DNA from: a virus
Lineage: Duplodnaviria; Caudoviricetes
Virus record (IMG/VR): IMGVR_UViG_3300027250_000007
Span: 1-43,003 of that record
DNA length: 43,003 bases
Reading direction: 5' to 3' (one strand)
Below, in pieces: positions 8,085-17,799 of the stretch. The translations under genes were made by a program, and so were the position numbers. Position 1 is the stretch's first letter, and each line of letters opens with the position of its first letter. The notes below the pieces were generated by a model. That model ran no database searches and was not told the DNA's origin. It worked only from the letters and a program-made list of their open reading frames with translations.

Positions 8085-8249
8085 ATGACTGATTATCGGT
8101 TTGTTCGTAAGATTGCTAAGATGTATCGTGACATGCATCCTGATTACTCAATCCGGAAAGCTGTGTTTAGGGCCTACGAAGCTTATGAGTTCTATCGTGA
8201 AACTGAAATCAAAATCATGGATGAACACTATGAAAAGGGGTATCAATGA
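8085..8249 (+). CDS. 54-aa hypothetical protein (not in ORF track)
   Basis: TAGGAG RBS; MTDYRFVRKIAKMYRDMHPDYSIRKAVFRAYEAYEFYRETEIKIMDEHYEKGYQ; ATGA overlap with the polymerase gene. Confidence 0.75.
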   Translation: MTDYRFVRKIAKMYRDMHPDYSIRKAVFRAYEAYEFYRETEIKIMDEHYEKGYQ

Positions 8250-10231
8250 AACGTTATGTATTCGATATTGAAACAGATAACTTACTGAGGAAACTGACTA
8301 CATTTCACTGTGCTGGTGTTAAAGACCATGATACAGGTGAAGAGTGGTTCTACAATTCCAATAATCAAGGCGACTTTCAGGCATTTCTTGATAAGCTCGA
8401 TGAAGCCGATGTCATTGTAGCGCATAATGCGTGGGGATTTGACGTCCCTGCGCTTATGAAACTAGCACCTTACTGGACACCTAAAGCCAAAGTTACTTGT
8501 ACAAAAGTGCTATCACAAGTTTTAAACTTCGCAAGATTTTCAACTGAGAGTAAGGACTATCGTAGGTATTTAGCTGTCAGACAGAAAAGACTAGAAAAGG
8601 GCGACACTTCTGTAAAAAAAGTTATTCAAGGTTCAGGACATAGTCTTGCTCGCTGGGGTATTTATCTTAGTGATTATAAGGGTGAATTTAATGATTTCTC
8701 TCAATTCTCTGAAGAGATGTATGAATACTTAAAGCAAGATGTTAGACTAGGTGCTAAGGTGTATGCAACACTCTTAGACGAGCTTAAAGTGCATATCACT
8801 AAGAGTAAGAGCCGTAAGATTCTAGATGCTATTGAAGTTGAGCATCAAATGGAAAGGATTATGACTGAGGAAACTCAGAACGGTTGGAAAATGAATTTAA
8901 ACGGGCTTTCTGATATTAAGCAGAAGCTTGAAGACAAAATTAAAGAATATTCCGATGAGATTAATCCAAAGCTTCTTGTTTATGTTACTAGCCCTGATAT
9001 GTCAGGCAAAGCTCTAAATGAACTTAGAGAGCAGATTAAAGAATTAAAAAAGAAAGGCGAGCTAGAGGAAAACTGGCCCGAAGCAAAATATGTCAAGACG
9101 GTCTTCACCAAGAAAGGTAAACTTACAGCCCACGTATCCAATTATTTTGAGCTTGATCCTGACACCTCAATTGATTCTAGCCCCGTTCTCGGCCCTTACA
9201 CTCGTGTCTCTCTTACTCGTGGTGATATCGGTAATACAGATCAGGTCAAGGATTACTTATCTACAATCGGGTGGGAGCCAGATGAATGGAACTGGAAGAG
9301 AGACGAAAATGGAAAATTCAACAAGACTTCCTCAAAGCTCACAGAGTCTTCACTTGAGCCACTTGGAAGAGTAGGCGAAGTAATTAATGAGTTTTATACG
9401 CTACGTTCACGTCTTAGTATTATTAATGGTTGGGATGAACATATTGACGTTAATAACCGTTTACACGGTGACGTCTTTAATATCGGAACACCTACCTTCA
9501 GACAGACCCACAATATCATCGCAAACCTTCCCTCCGGAAGCGCCACACTAGGCCCAGAAATCCGTAGTGCATTTATTGCAGATGAGGGAAAAGTTCTAGT
9601 ATCTGCTGACTCCGCTGCTTGTCAGTTGAGGCTTCTTGCTCACTTTATGGATGATCCAAAGTTTACTAGAGAGTTGCTTGAAGGTGATGTTCATCAACTA
9701 AATGCTGATATTATTGAATGCACACGACCACAAGCTAAAAGATTTATCTTTGCTTACCTTTATGGTGCGGGTGCTCCTAAACTTAGTGGGTATATCGATA
9801 AATCAGTAGAAGAAACTAAGAAGTCAATTTCTCGTTATAAGAAGAAGCTACCTAAGTTAGCTAAACTTATCGACAATGTTTCTTCTCAAGTTAGACAGAA
9901 TGGGTACGTTGTTGGTCTCGATACAAGAAAACTATGCCTAGATGCTTCTGAACAGCACAAAGCTCTTAACTACCTTATTCAAGGTGCAGAGGCTGTAATT
10001 ATGAAAGCTACTGTTGTAATGATTGATCAGAAACTAAAAGAAGCAAATATTGACTTTAAACATCTGCTATTCTATCACGATGAACATACTGTTGAAGTTC
10101 GTGAAGATCAGGCTGAAGAAGCTCGTGGTATTATTATGAAATGCTTTGCAGAAGCACCGAAGGCCTATGGTATCAACATTATGACCTGCGGCGATTGCAA
10201 AATTGGTAAAGATTATTACGAAGTACACTAA
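8246..10231 (+). CDS. polA: family A DNA polymerase (T7 gp5-like) with 3'-5' exonuclease
   Basis: ExoI FDIETD, ExoII HNAWGFD, ExoIII YLKQDV, motif A SADSAACQLR, motif B AKRFIFAYLYG, motif C FYHDE. Confidence 0.97.
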   Translation: MKRYVFDIETDNLLRKLTTFHCAGVKDHDTGEEWFYNSNNQGDFQAFLDKLDEADVIVAHNAWGFDVPALMKLAPYWTPKAKVTCTKVLSQVLNFARFSTESKDYRRYLAVRQKRLEKGDTSVKKVIQGSGHSLARWGIYLSDYKGEFNDFSQFSEEMYEYLKQDVRLGAKVYATLLDELKVHITKSKSRKILDAIEVEHQMERIMTEETQNGWKMNLNGLSDIKQKLEDKIKEYSDEINPKLLVYVTSPDMSGKALNELREQIKELKKKGELEENWPEAKYVKTVFTKKGKLTAHVSNYFELDPDTSIDSSPVLGPYTRVSLTRGDIGNTDQVKDYLSTIGWEPDEWNWKRDENGKFNKTSSKLTESSLEPLGRVGEVINEFYTLRSRLSIINGWDEHIDVNNRLHGDVFNIGTPTFRQTHNIIANLPSGSATLGPEIRSAFIADEGKVLVSADSAACQLRLLAHFMDDPKFTRELLEGDVHQLNADIIECTRPQAKRFIFAYLYGAGAPKLSGYIDKSVEETKKSISRYKKKLPKLAKLIDNVSSQVRQNGYVVGLDTRKLCLDASEQHKALNYLIQGAEAVIMKATVVMIDQKLKEANIDFKHLLFYHDEHTVEVREDQAEEARGIIMKCFAEAPKAYGINIMTCGDCKIGKDYYEVH

Positions 10232-10623
10232 TGGGTGAGTATAATAAAGAAATACGTAACAGAATTAAGCTTTCTGTTGCAGCTTATGCTTATGCGTACA
10301 AGAATGAATCTATTATGTCTGACGCAAAGTTTGATGAGCCTTCTAGGGTTCTATCACAAGGAAGTATGATTATGGAAACTAATAAACAGCTACTGGCAAT
10401 TCTTGACAGCGCAGAAAATCTTCGTCTGCGTACTACGATGTCTCGAAATAACAATATTAAGAGGAAATTGATGGATGCAGCAAATGAAGGACTTAATTAC
10501 ACAAGTTTTCCAGAAGAAACTCTCACTAAAGAAGATATTTTCAGCCTTAAAGAATTGGGCTACACAATTTATCACGTTGTTGCTCCGTTCAGTAAAAAGA
10601 CCACATATGAAGTTTGTTGGTAA
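10231..10623 (+). CDS. hypothetical protein; N-terminus resembles NAD-dependent ligase domain Ia; possible fusion
   Basis: AAYAYAYKNESIMSDAKFD; internal AAGGA RBS before ATG 10366. Confidence 0.55.
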   Translation: MGEYNKEIRNRIKLSVAAYAYAYKNESIMSDAKFDEPSRVLSQGSMIMETNKQLLAILDSAENLRLRTTMSRNNNIKRKLMDAANEGLNYTSFPEETLTKEDIFSLKELGYTIYHVVAPFSKKTTYEVCW

Positions 10624-10831
10624 ATACTTCTTTAGAGTGTTTACTGCCCTGTCTGTATTAGTTAACGTAATGTTAGGTGGGCAACTAGGACAAACTTTTT
10701 CAGCTAGAAACTGGCAGTGGAAGAAAGATGGTAAGCTAAATCTAGTATGGTTAATTGATTTCTTATGTCTGCCGTTAGAAACAAATCACTGCTCCCACGC
10801 TTGGGTGTGGTGGAAAACAAGGAGGTGGTAA
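10607..10831 (+). CDS. small membrane-associated phage protein
   Basis: ATG 10607 in the frame of ORF 10475..10831; ALSVLVNVMLGG...TFSAR...IDFL...HC. Confidence 0.7.
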   Translation: MKFVGKYFFRVFTALSVLVNVMLGGQLGQTFSARNWQWKKDGKLNLVWLIDFLCLPLETNHCSHAWVWWKTRRW

Positions 10832-11055
10832 TGTTCACTGTAGAGTTTGAATCAGATGCTGCTGTCATTCGTTCTCTCGCAGAAGATGATATGCATGAGG
10901 ATATTGAAATTATTATTGGTGATGATGGAACCGTATTTATACGGCAATGGCAAGACTGGAAGGATGAATACGACGTTTTACACATCAGCTGGCAGCAGCT
11001 AATTGATGTTGTTTCAGCTATTAATTCCCCTGAAGGCGCATTCTATAGGAGATAA
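10831..11055 (+). CDS. hypothetical protein
   Basis: AGGAGG RBS before ATG 10831. Confidence 0.75.
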   Translation: MFTVEFESDAAVIRSLAEDDMHEDIEIIIGDDGTVFIRQWQDWKDEYDVLHISWQQLIDVVSAINSPEGAFYRR

Positions 11056-11057
11056 CT

Positions 11058-11342
11058 ATGCGTACTGAAATCTATAACGAACTTGCTCTTCACTTTGTTG
11101 AAAATGAAACTACTGATGAGACTCTTTTCACAGGCTTTTCAAGCGAATCTGGTGAAGTTATGAAAGAACGAATGAAAGAAGTTCGCAAAAAGATGGATCG
11201 AACAGATGAAATTATTGACGAATGTTCTGATGTTCTATGGTATATTACCGTTATTGCTCATAAACGAGGTAAGACTTTAAAAGATCTGATGGATCATAAC
11301 ATTTCTAAACTTGAGCTTCGTCTTCTTGGAAACAAGGTGTAA
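11058..11342 (+). CDS. MazG-like nucleotide pyrophosphohydrolase
   Basis: ESGEV...DECSDVLWYI...LKDLMDHNISKL. Confidence 0.8.
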   Translation: MRTEIYNELALHFVENETTDETLFTGFSSESGEVMKERMKEVRKKMDRTDEIIDECSDVLWYITVIAHKRGKTLKDLMDHNISKLELRLLGNKV

Positions 11343-11343
11343 C

Positions 11344-11541
11344 ATGAAACCTAAATTTAAACACGACTGCGAGGATCGTTCTTGCTGTCGTTTTATTACA
11401 CACCGCAAGGGTAAAGACATTTATACCTATAATATTGGTCAAGGAATTCTTGTAAGATTTGGAGACGAACCACAAGATAATTTAACTTATGACCTAGAAG
11501 TATTAACAAAAATTGGAGTACTTGATGATTGGATTAGTTGA
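11344..11541 (+). CDS. hypothetical protein
   Basis: AAGG RBS before ATG 11344; PKFKHDC...C.F. Confidence 0.65.
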   Translation: MKPKFKHDCEDRSCCRFITHRKGKDIYTYNIGQGILVRFGDEPQDNLTYDLEVLTKIGVLDDWIS

Positions 11542-12250
11542 CGGTGATGGATTTATTTATTTTGCTTATTGGAAGAAAGATAATCTCACCGCTGCTGTTG
11601 CTCACCTTCACGAGCTAATTGATAACGCAAAAAATGAAAACTTTTGTGATTATTTAGCTATTGCGGTGGGAGGCTCTGATAACTGGCGAAATGATTTTTA
11701 TTGGGGTTACAAGAAGTCAGTAGGTCGTGAGAATTCTCGTAAAACAATGCCTGAATGGTTGCCTGACCTTAAAGCAGAGCTTGCTAATCGTTCAGATGCA
11801 ATCCTGACAGACAACATTGAGGCAGACGATGTGATTCGAATGTGGGCTGAACAATGTAAGGCGCATAATAAGGATTACATTGTAATTAGTCATGACAAAG
11901 ATCTTGACTGTATTGAAGGCTTGCACTTTGATCCTCGTAAATGGAGAAACTATCACGTTTCTGAAGAACAATCAGATGTTTCTTATTGGAAACAATTACT
12001 TATGGGGGATGGAATTGATAACATTCCAGGAATTAAGGGAATTGGTCCTAAGAAAGCGGATAAGCTGCTTGAAGGGCTTCAAACGCATGAAGAGAGAAGG
12101 AGACTTGTTTGCCAAGAGTATTATAAAGTATACGGTAATGAAGGATATGCTAACCTTCTTGCTAATGGCCGTCTTCTTCATATTATGCGGCATGTTAATG
12201 ATTACTTTAGCTTAAGTAAGGAAGAATATGAAAAAGCCATTAGCTGTTAA
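11525..12250 (+). CDS. 5'-3' exonuclease / RNase H (T7 gp6-like)
   Basis: LVDGD, EADDV, HDKDL, GDGIDNIPGIKGIGPKKA. Confidence 0.93.
   Translation: MIGLVDGDGFIYFAYWKKDNLTAAVAHLHELIDNAKNENFCDYLAIAVGGSDNWRNDFYWGYKKSVGRENSRKTMPEWLPDLKAELANRSDAILTDNIEADDVIRMWAEQCKAHNKDYIVISHDKDLDCIEGLHFDPRKWRNYHVSEEQSDVSYWKQLLMGDGIDNIPGIKGIGPKKADKLLEGLQTHEERRRLVCQEYYKVYGNEGYANLLANGRLLHIMRHVNDYFSLSKEEYEKAISC
11757..11779 (+). promoter_or_regulatory. possible intragenic phage promoter P4 (weaker match)
   Basis: GGTTGCCTGACCTTAAA|GCAGAG; core matches, flanks diverge. Confidence 0.4.
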
Positions 12251-12704
12251 CGAGTTAGGGCATTGGCAATTTAAAGGAAAACTAGACCATAGTGACTACT
12301 TTGGATTTCTCTATGCTATTGAGAATAAAGAAACTGGTCAGTGGTATATCGGTAAAAAGAACTTTTTTATCCGTGGCAAGAAATCATCAAAACAGTATGG
12401 TAAAGAACATAGTTGGAGAACATACACTGGATCGTCAGCAGCACTAAATAAAGACATCTCAAAGTACGGTAAAGACAAATTTAACTTCATAATTATTGAT
12501 CTTTACAAAACTAAAGGTGGTCTTTATTACGCCGAAGCATATACACAAATGTTGCTTGAAGTAATGACTACTTACTTGACTGACGGTAAAACTCCACGGT
12601 TTTACAATAGACAAATTGCTGCCATTCGCTTCGTTCCAAAAGAGGAGGTAAGCCTCAAAACAAAACGATTCATAACAAAATTAAAAGGAAAACTTTATGC
12701 CTAG
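12228..12704 (+). CDS. GIY-YIG family nuclease-like protein
   Basis: FGFLYAIENKETGQWYIGKK, W..YTGSS, YAEA, FYN. Confidence 0.8.
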   Translation: MKKPLAVNELGHWQFKGKLDHSDYFGFLYAIENKETGQWYIGKKNFFIRGKKSSKQYGKEHSWRTYTGSSAALNKDISKYGKDKFNFIIIDLYKTKGGLYYAEAYTQMLLEVMTTYLTDGKTPRFYNRQIAAIRFVPKEEVSLKTKRFITKLKGKLYA

Positions 12705-12885
12705 TTTAGCAGTTGCTCTTTACATTTCAAGTCTTATCACGATAGGTGCTCAAATACTATCTATGATGTTAGGTTTTCCTCTTATGAATCCTCTAAGTGC
12801 TATAATGATTTTTATGTTCTTTCAAGAACTTTCTAAACTCGTAATCCAATTCTCAGGAAGTGAAGATGGGGAAGATAGTAAGTAA
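12697..12885 (+). CDS. small membrane protein
   Basis: AAAGGA RBS; two hydrophobic segments. Confidence 0.65.
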   Translation: MPSLAVALYISSLITIGAQILSMMLGFPLMNPLSAIMIFMFFQELSKLVIQFSGSEDGEDSK

Positions 12886-14572
12886 AAACCAACCTTGTAT
12901 TTATTGCGGAAGTAAGGACAATAGACAGGTATATAATGACGGGTGGTCACATTGTTTTACCCCCGGATGCCCAAAGCCACATGTAAACGAGGACACAATG
13001 GAAATTGATGATTTAGAAGCGGAGTTTGCTGCTGTAAACGGTAGCAATCAGAAAGCTTCTGGAAATAAGCTAACTGTTGAAGAGATTTATAACGAGTACC
13101 CTTTTGCAGCCGATACAGAACGGCTTATCTCAATCGATGTTATGAAGTATTATGGCTGCAAAGTTGGTTATGATGGTTCTGGCAAGATTAACGAAAAGTT
13201 TTATGCCTACAACTTCGATGAAAATAAAGTACCTCAAGCATACAAGTCACGAGTTCTACCCAAGGACTTCGGCAAGCGAGGCTCTATTGGTAAAGTAAAA
13301 GGTTTATATGGCTCTCATCTTAATTCTGGGGGTAAGCGCCTTGTTATCACTGAAGGAGAAGAAGATGCTCATGCGATTCAAGCCGCATGGTTCAAGAAGT
13401 ACAAAACGTTTTATCCTGTAGAGTCTCTTCGTGGTGCTAGTGTAACTAAAGATCTCATCGAAGATCGGGCTCGTATTCGTAACTTTGAAGAAGTTATCCT
13501 CTGGCTTGATGGTGATGAAGCGGGTGCAGTAGCCACTAAGGAGGCTGCTCGCATCATTGGTTATGATAAGGTAAAAATTGTAAAGGCTAATGAGAAAGAT
13601 GCCTCCGATGTATGGGTTAAGTCCAAAGGAGATCCTAATCAGCTATTAAAGTTTATTTACAATGCTCAACCTTACACTCCTGCAGGGATTCTTACAAAAG
13701 ACCAACTATGGTCTCAGCTAGAAGCCTACAATGAAATCGAATCAGTACCTTATCCTTCTTTTATGACAGGGCTTAACGACAAACTAAAGGGGATGCGTTT
13801 CGGTGAGATTACTTTGTGGACTTCTGGTACAGGTTCTGGTAAATCTACCTTGCTTCGAGAGATTGCACTACATCTTGTTGAAACAACAGAAGATAAAATC
13901 GGTATCATTTCTCTAGAAGAAAGCCCTGCAGAAACTGCTCGTAAGATGTCGGGAATGAAGATTAATAAGAATCCCGCCAAGGCTGAAATCCCTATTGAAG
14001 AACTTAAAATCGGTTTTGATGGGACTTTCGGCACGGATCGTATTATGGTTCTAGATCATCAGGGCAGTATTTCTGATGGCTCGATTATGGACTTTCTTGA
14101 GTATATGTGTCTAAGCGGTTGTAAATATTTGTTTATTGACCACATTACAATTCTTGCCTCTGAGGGCACTGAGGGGCTAACAGGTAACGAAGCCGTTGAT
14201 AAGATTATGAATGATCTTCTTCGTCTTGTAAAGAAGCATAGTGTGTGGATTGGGCTTATCTCCCACCTTCGTAAAGCAGATAACAAGAAGAAGTCGTTTG
14301 AAGAGGGCCGACTGCCTTCTATGGATGATATTCGTGGTTCTGGCTCAATTAAACAGATCTCAATGGATATTATTGCGTTCTCCCGCAATGTAAGTTCTGC
14401 TATTGAGTCCGAGAGAAATACAATTCTAACTAAGGTTCTTAAGTGCCGATATACAGGTCTAACTGGTCCTTCTGGGGCACTTACTTATGACTTTGATACA
14501 GGCAGACTTAAACGAGGTGAAGGTTTTGATAGTATCGATGACGAGTTTGATCTAGAAGGAATTGAGTTGTGA
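12866..14572 (+). CDS. DNA primase/helicase (T7 gp4-like)
   Basis: Zn finger CIYC...HCFTPGC, TOPRIM ITEGEEDA / LDGDEAG, Walker A SGTGSGKST, FIDHI, IRGSGSIKQ, KCRYTG. Confidence 0.96.
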   Translation: MGKIVSKNQPCIYCGSKDNRQVYNDGWSHCFTPGCPKPHVNEDTMEIDDLEAEFAAVNGSNQKASGNKLTVEEIYNEYPFAADTERLISIDVMKYYGCKVGYDGSGKINEKFYAYNFDENKVPQAYKSRVLPKDFGKRGSIGKVKGLYGSHLNSGGKRLVITEGEEDAHAIQAAWFKKYKTFYPVESLRGASVTKDLIEDRARIRNFEEVILWLDGDEAGAVATKEAARIIGYDKVKIVKANEKDASDVWVKSKGDPNQLLKFIYNAQPYTPAGILTKDQLWSQLEAYNEIESVPYPSFMTGLNDKLKGMRFGEITLWTSGTGSGKSTLLREIALHLVETTEDKIGIISLEESPAETARKMSGMKINKNPAKAEIPIEELKIGFDGTFGTDRIMVLDHQGSISDGSIMDFLEYMCLSGCKYLFIDHITILASEGTEGLTGNEAVDKIMNDLLRLVKKHSVWIGLISHLRKADNKKKSFEEGRLPSMDDIRGSGSIKQISMDIIAFSRNVSSAIESERNTILTKVLKCRYTGLTGPSGALTYDFDTGRLKRGEGFDSIDDEFDLEGIEL

Positions 14573-14838
14573 ACAAAGAGATAAATATGGCAGCACACGA
14601 GTATTTAGTGTTTTACTCCATTATTGCTAATCTATTAAGAGTAATTGAAGAGTACGAAGCAATGCTTCCCATTGAGCAGTCAAAGTTAGAAGCACTACCT
14701 GATCGTTTTTATGATTGGGTAGTTGGCTTTATGGAAGAAGCTAACGATATGCCAGATGAAAATTTTAAAATGTTAGTTGACTATTTCGAGAATAGTTTAA
14801 ATAAGAATACTGATTTCCACAAAAAAGGATTACAATAA
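14569..14838 (+). CDS. hypothetical protein
   Basis: GTG start overlapping the helicase stop, AAGGA RBS. Confidence 0.7.
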   Translation: MNKEINMAAHEYLVFYSIIANLLRVIEEYEAMLPIEQSKLEALPDRFYDWVVGFMEEANDMPDENFKMLVDYFENSLNKNTDFHKKGLQ

Positions 14839-15089
14839 TGAGTGATGAACTAAACGAACATCTATGGGATTATGCCAACAAGGTAATGTACCCTACAATT
14901 AAAACTGAAGATGAATGTGATAAGTTTTTAACAGGTCTTAAGAAGTTTAATGCATCTGAGAAGGAGCTTCTTAAAGACTATTGGACACTAATTACTTTCG
15001 GCTCAATTCCATACTACGAAGATGATGTATTTAAAGAAGAAGAATTAGCTGACGTTAAAGAACAAGAAGAAACTGAAGAAGAAGAATAA
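14838..15089 (+). CDS. hypothetical acidic protein
   Basis: AAAGGA RBS, TAATG overlap. Confidence 0.7.
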   Translation: MSDELNEHLWDYANKVMYPTIKTEDECDKFLTGLKKFNASEKELLKDYWTLITFGSIPYYEDDVFKEEELADVKEQEETEEEE

Positions 15090-15100
15090 GGAGAAATAAA

Positions 15101-16966
15101 ATGGACGCCTATAGAAGCTTTATCCACTTGTCTCGCTACTCACGTTTTCTAGATGACAAAGGTCGTCGTGAATCATGGGAAGAGACTGTAGATCGTGTTA
15201 TTAACTTCTGGAAGAAGCAAGTTGGAAATAAACTTTCTGACACTGATTTTAAAGAAATCGAGCAAGCTATTCTCAACCATGATGTTATGCCTTCTATGCG
15301 GTCAATGTGGTCGGCAGGTGAAGCACTAGAGAAGAATCACTTCCGTGGCTATAACTGTGCTTTTACCGCTGTAGATCATCAACGTGTATTCGATGAAATC
15401 CTGTATGTACTTATGGCAGGTACAGGTGTTGGCTTCTCAGCAGAAGCTAAATACGTCAATAAACTACCTATTATCAATGACACCTTCACTAAGACTGAGC
15501 GTGTTATTCAAGTAGAAGATTCAGCCGAAGGTTGGGCCAAGGCCCTCCGTAAACTTATTGCAGACCTCTATCTAGGAAACGAACATGAATGGGATTATAG
15601 CAAGATTAGGCCCGAAGGCGCTCGACTTAAGACTATGGGCGGAAGAGCTTCTGGTCCGAAACCACTTATGGATCTTTTTGACTTTGTAACCAAAACATTT
15701 AAAAATGCCGCTGGTCGTAAACTTCGACCCATTGAAGTTCATGACATGGTATGTAAAATCGCAGAAATTGTTGTTGTAGGTGGTGTACGCCGTTCTGCAC
15801 TACTTTCACTCTCTGACCTTGGTGATCCTGAGATTCGTGATTGCAAATCAGGACAGTGGTGGGTAAATACCCCACATCGTGCTCTTGCTAATAACTCCGG
15901 TGCGTATGAACAGAAGCCCTCCATGGCAGTTTTCATGGAAGAGTGGATGTCTCTCATGAAGTCAGGCTCCGGTGAGCGAGGTATTGTGTCTCGTTACGGT
16001 CTTCAGGAAATGGCTCCAGAACGCCGTGATGGCGAACAGCTAGTAGGGCTTAACCCTTGTGCGGAGATTGCTCTTCGTTCTGCTCAACTCTGCAACTTAT
16101 CAGAGGTTGTTGCTCGTGAAAACGATACTAAAGAAGATCTGCTTCGTAAAGTTCGTATTGCAACAATTCTTGGTACTCTTCAAGCTACACTTACTGACTT
16201 CAAATATGTTCGTTCAGTATGGCGTAAGAACTGTGAGGAAGAACGACTTCTTGGTGTTTCACTGACTGGTATTCAGGACTGTAAACTACTTCGTAATCCT
16301 GATCCACAACTACTAGAGGATATGAAAGCGCATGCAGTGGATATTAATCGTGAGTATGCTGGAATTCTTGGTATTAATTCTGCTGCCGCTATTACTACCG
16401 TCAAGCCTTCCGGCACGGTATCTCAACTTGTTGACAGCTCTTCAGGTATTCACGGGCGCTTTGCACCTTATTATATCCGTCGTGTACGCCAAGCGAACCA
16501 TGACCCACTAACACAAATGCTAAAAGATCAGGGCGTTCCTAATGAACCTGATGCGATGAACCCACTTAAAACAACTATCTTTAGCTTCCCAATCAAGTCT
16601 CCAAAAGGTGCTACACTTGCTAACAATCAAACAGCTATTGAACAGCTAGAAAATTGGCTTGTGTTTAAGAAGTATTGGGCAGAGCACTCTGTATCCGTTA
16701 CTGTTTATGTAAAAGAACACGAGTGGCTTGAAGTTGGTGATTGGGTTTACAAGCATTTCGATATGGTAACTGGCATCAGTTTCCTACCTTACTCTGAACA
16801 CACTTATCAACAAGCGCCTTACGAGGATATTAACGTGCTAGAGTTTGATAAGCTTGTTGCAGCTATGCCTGTAGTTGACTTCTCTAAGCTCCCAGAGTAT
16901 GAACTTGAAGACAACACTGAAGGTGCCCAAACTCTAGCTTGCGCCGCTGGTGGTTGCGAAATCTAA
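15101..16966 (+). CDS. nrdJ: class II adenosylcobalamin-dependent ribonucleotide reductase
   Basis: YNCAF, GTGVGFS, GGVRRSA, NPCAEI, CNLSEV, TVKPSGT, C-terminal CAAGGCEI; no NrdB gene nearby. Confidence 0.93.
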   Translation: MDAYRSFIHLSRYSRFLDDKGRRESWEETVDRVINFWKKQVGNKLSDTDFKEIEQAILNHDVMPSMRSMWSAGEALEKNHFRGYNCAFTAVDHQRVFDEILYVLMAGTGVGFSAEAKYVNKLPIINDTFTKTERVIQVEDSAEGWAKALRKLIADLYLGNEHEWDYSKIRPEGARLKTMGGRASGPKPLMDLFDFVTKTFKNAAGRKLRPIEVHDMVCKIAEIVVVGGVRRSALLSLSDLGDPEIRDCKSGQWWVNTPHRALANNSGAYEQKPSMAVFMEEWMSLMKSGSGERGIVSRYGLQEMAPERRDGEQLVGLNPCAEIALRSAQLCNLSEVVARENDTKEDLLRKVRIATILGTLQATLTDFKYVRSVWRKNCEEERLLGVSLTGIQDCKLLRNPDPQLLEDMKAHAVDINREYAGILGINSAAAITTVKPSGTVSQLVDSSSGIHGRFAPYYIRRVRQANHDPLTQMLKDQGVPNEPDAMNPLKTTIFSFPIKSPKGATLANNQTAIEQLENWLVFKKYWAEHSVSVTVYVKEHEWLEVGDWVYKHFDMVTGISFLPYSEHTYQQAPYEDINVLEFDKLVAAMPVVDFSKLPEYELEDNTEGAQTLACAAGGCEI

Positions 16967-16986
16967 TACCTGACATTAAAGAACAA
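16964..16986 (+). promoter_or_regulatory. putative phage RNAP promoter P5
   Basis: TAATACCTGACATTAAA|GAACAA, overlapping the nrdJ stop codon. Confidence 0.75.
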
Positions 16987-17013
16987 CACCTAGGCAAGTG
17001 TATAAAAGGCTTA
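16986..17013 (+). ncRNA. small H-type pseudoknot candidate, copy A
   Basis: ACAC-C-TAGGC-AA-GTGT-ATAAAAG-GCTTA: stem1 ACAC/GTGT, stem2 TAGGC/GCTTA. Confidence 0.45.
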
Positions 17014-17033
17014 TTATCACATAGGAGAGTAAT

Positions 17034-17213
17034 ATGAAGTATTTAAAAAAAGTGTCAGAGTTCAATGTAGAGTTTATCTCTAATGGTTTTATTGTTTCTT
17101 ATAATGGTTATAATGAGAACGACGAATGGGAGTCTGAAAAGTTTTATGCTTCAACAATGTTAAAACTTAAACAAATGATCAATATCATTGACACTATGAA
17201 CAAGGATAAGTAA
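17034..17213 (+). CDS. 59-aa hypothetical protein (not in ORF track)
   Basis: TAGGAG RBS; MKYLKKVSEFNVEFISNGFIVSYNG...NKDK. Confidence 0.75.
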   Translation: MKYLKKVSEFNVEFISNGFIVSYNGYNENDEWESEKFYASTMLKLKQMINIIDTMNKDK

Positions 17214-17214
17214 T

Positions 17215-17415
17215 ATGAAAATCGGATTTCTACCTGCACTAGCCCTGATTTTTATCACCCTTAAACTTACAAACTACATTGCATGGTCTTGGTTTTGGGT
17301 TGTTAGCCCAATTGTGATTCCTCTAATTATTTCGCTACTTATCATTTTTATTGCTGCAATTATTTCACCTGCTTCAACAAAAGAAGCACTATCACGTTAC
17401 AAGGGTAAACGCTAA
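17215..17415 (+). CDS. small membrane protein
   Basis: LIFITLKLTNYIAWSWFWVVSPI, a pattern common in phages. Confidence 0.75.
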   Translation: MKIGFLPALALIFITLKLTNYIAWSWFWVVSPIVIPLIISLLIIFIAAIISPASTKEALSRYKGKR

Positions 17416-17549
17416 TGGCTAAAGTTAATACATCTAAGTCTGTTCATACTCCAATTGTAAAACGTACTTCGATTGGTAAAGGTAAGTTAAAGACCTCTTC
17501 AATGAACAAACACAAGCGCCGTAATAAGGGCATGTCTCATAATGGCTGA
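17415..17549 (+). CDS. 44-aa basic protein (not in ORF track)
   Basis: MAKVNTSKSVHTPIVKRTSIGKGKLKTSSMNKHKRRNKGMSHNG; TAATG overlap; fills the gap between neighbours. Confidence 0.65.
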   Translation: MAKVNTSKSVHTPIVKRTSIGKGKLKTSSMNKHKRRNKGMSHNG

Positions 17550-17799
17550 TAAGGTTATCAACTTTTTAGAAATTTCTCAAAAAAAACGTGAAGAGGAAGA
17601 CTACAACATCAACATCAATAAACATGATAACATCTTAGATGTTCTTGAAGAAGAGTATCCGATGGGTGGTATTATCATTACTATTGATGAAGAAGGTATC
17701 GGGGTAGCCGCTACCGTAGAAGATTATGAAACAATGCGTAATGCAATGGTTTCTGCAATGATTAAATTATTAGAGAGTGGGCAAGATGAACTTGAATGA
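17542..17799 (+). CDS. hypothetical protein
   Basis: Tightly packed + strand ORF. Confidence 0.7.
   Translation: MADKVINFLEISQKKREEEDYNININKHDNILDVLEEEYPMGGIIITIDEEGIGVAATVEDYETMRNAMVSAMIKLLESGQDELE

Noticed and set aside
12228-12704. Intron-encoded homing endonuclease
   Set aside because: Flanking genes are intact and overlap it directly, with no intron sequence; treated as a free-standing GIY-YIG gene.
15090-15100. Cobalamin riboswitch upstream of nrdJ
   Set aside because: Only an 11-bp gap containing the RBS.
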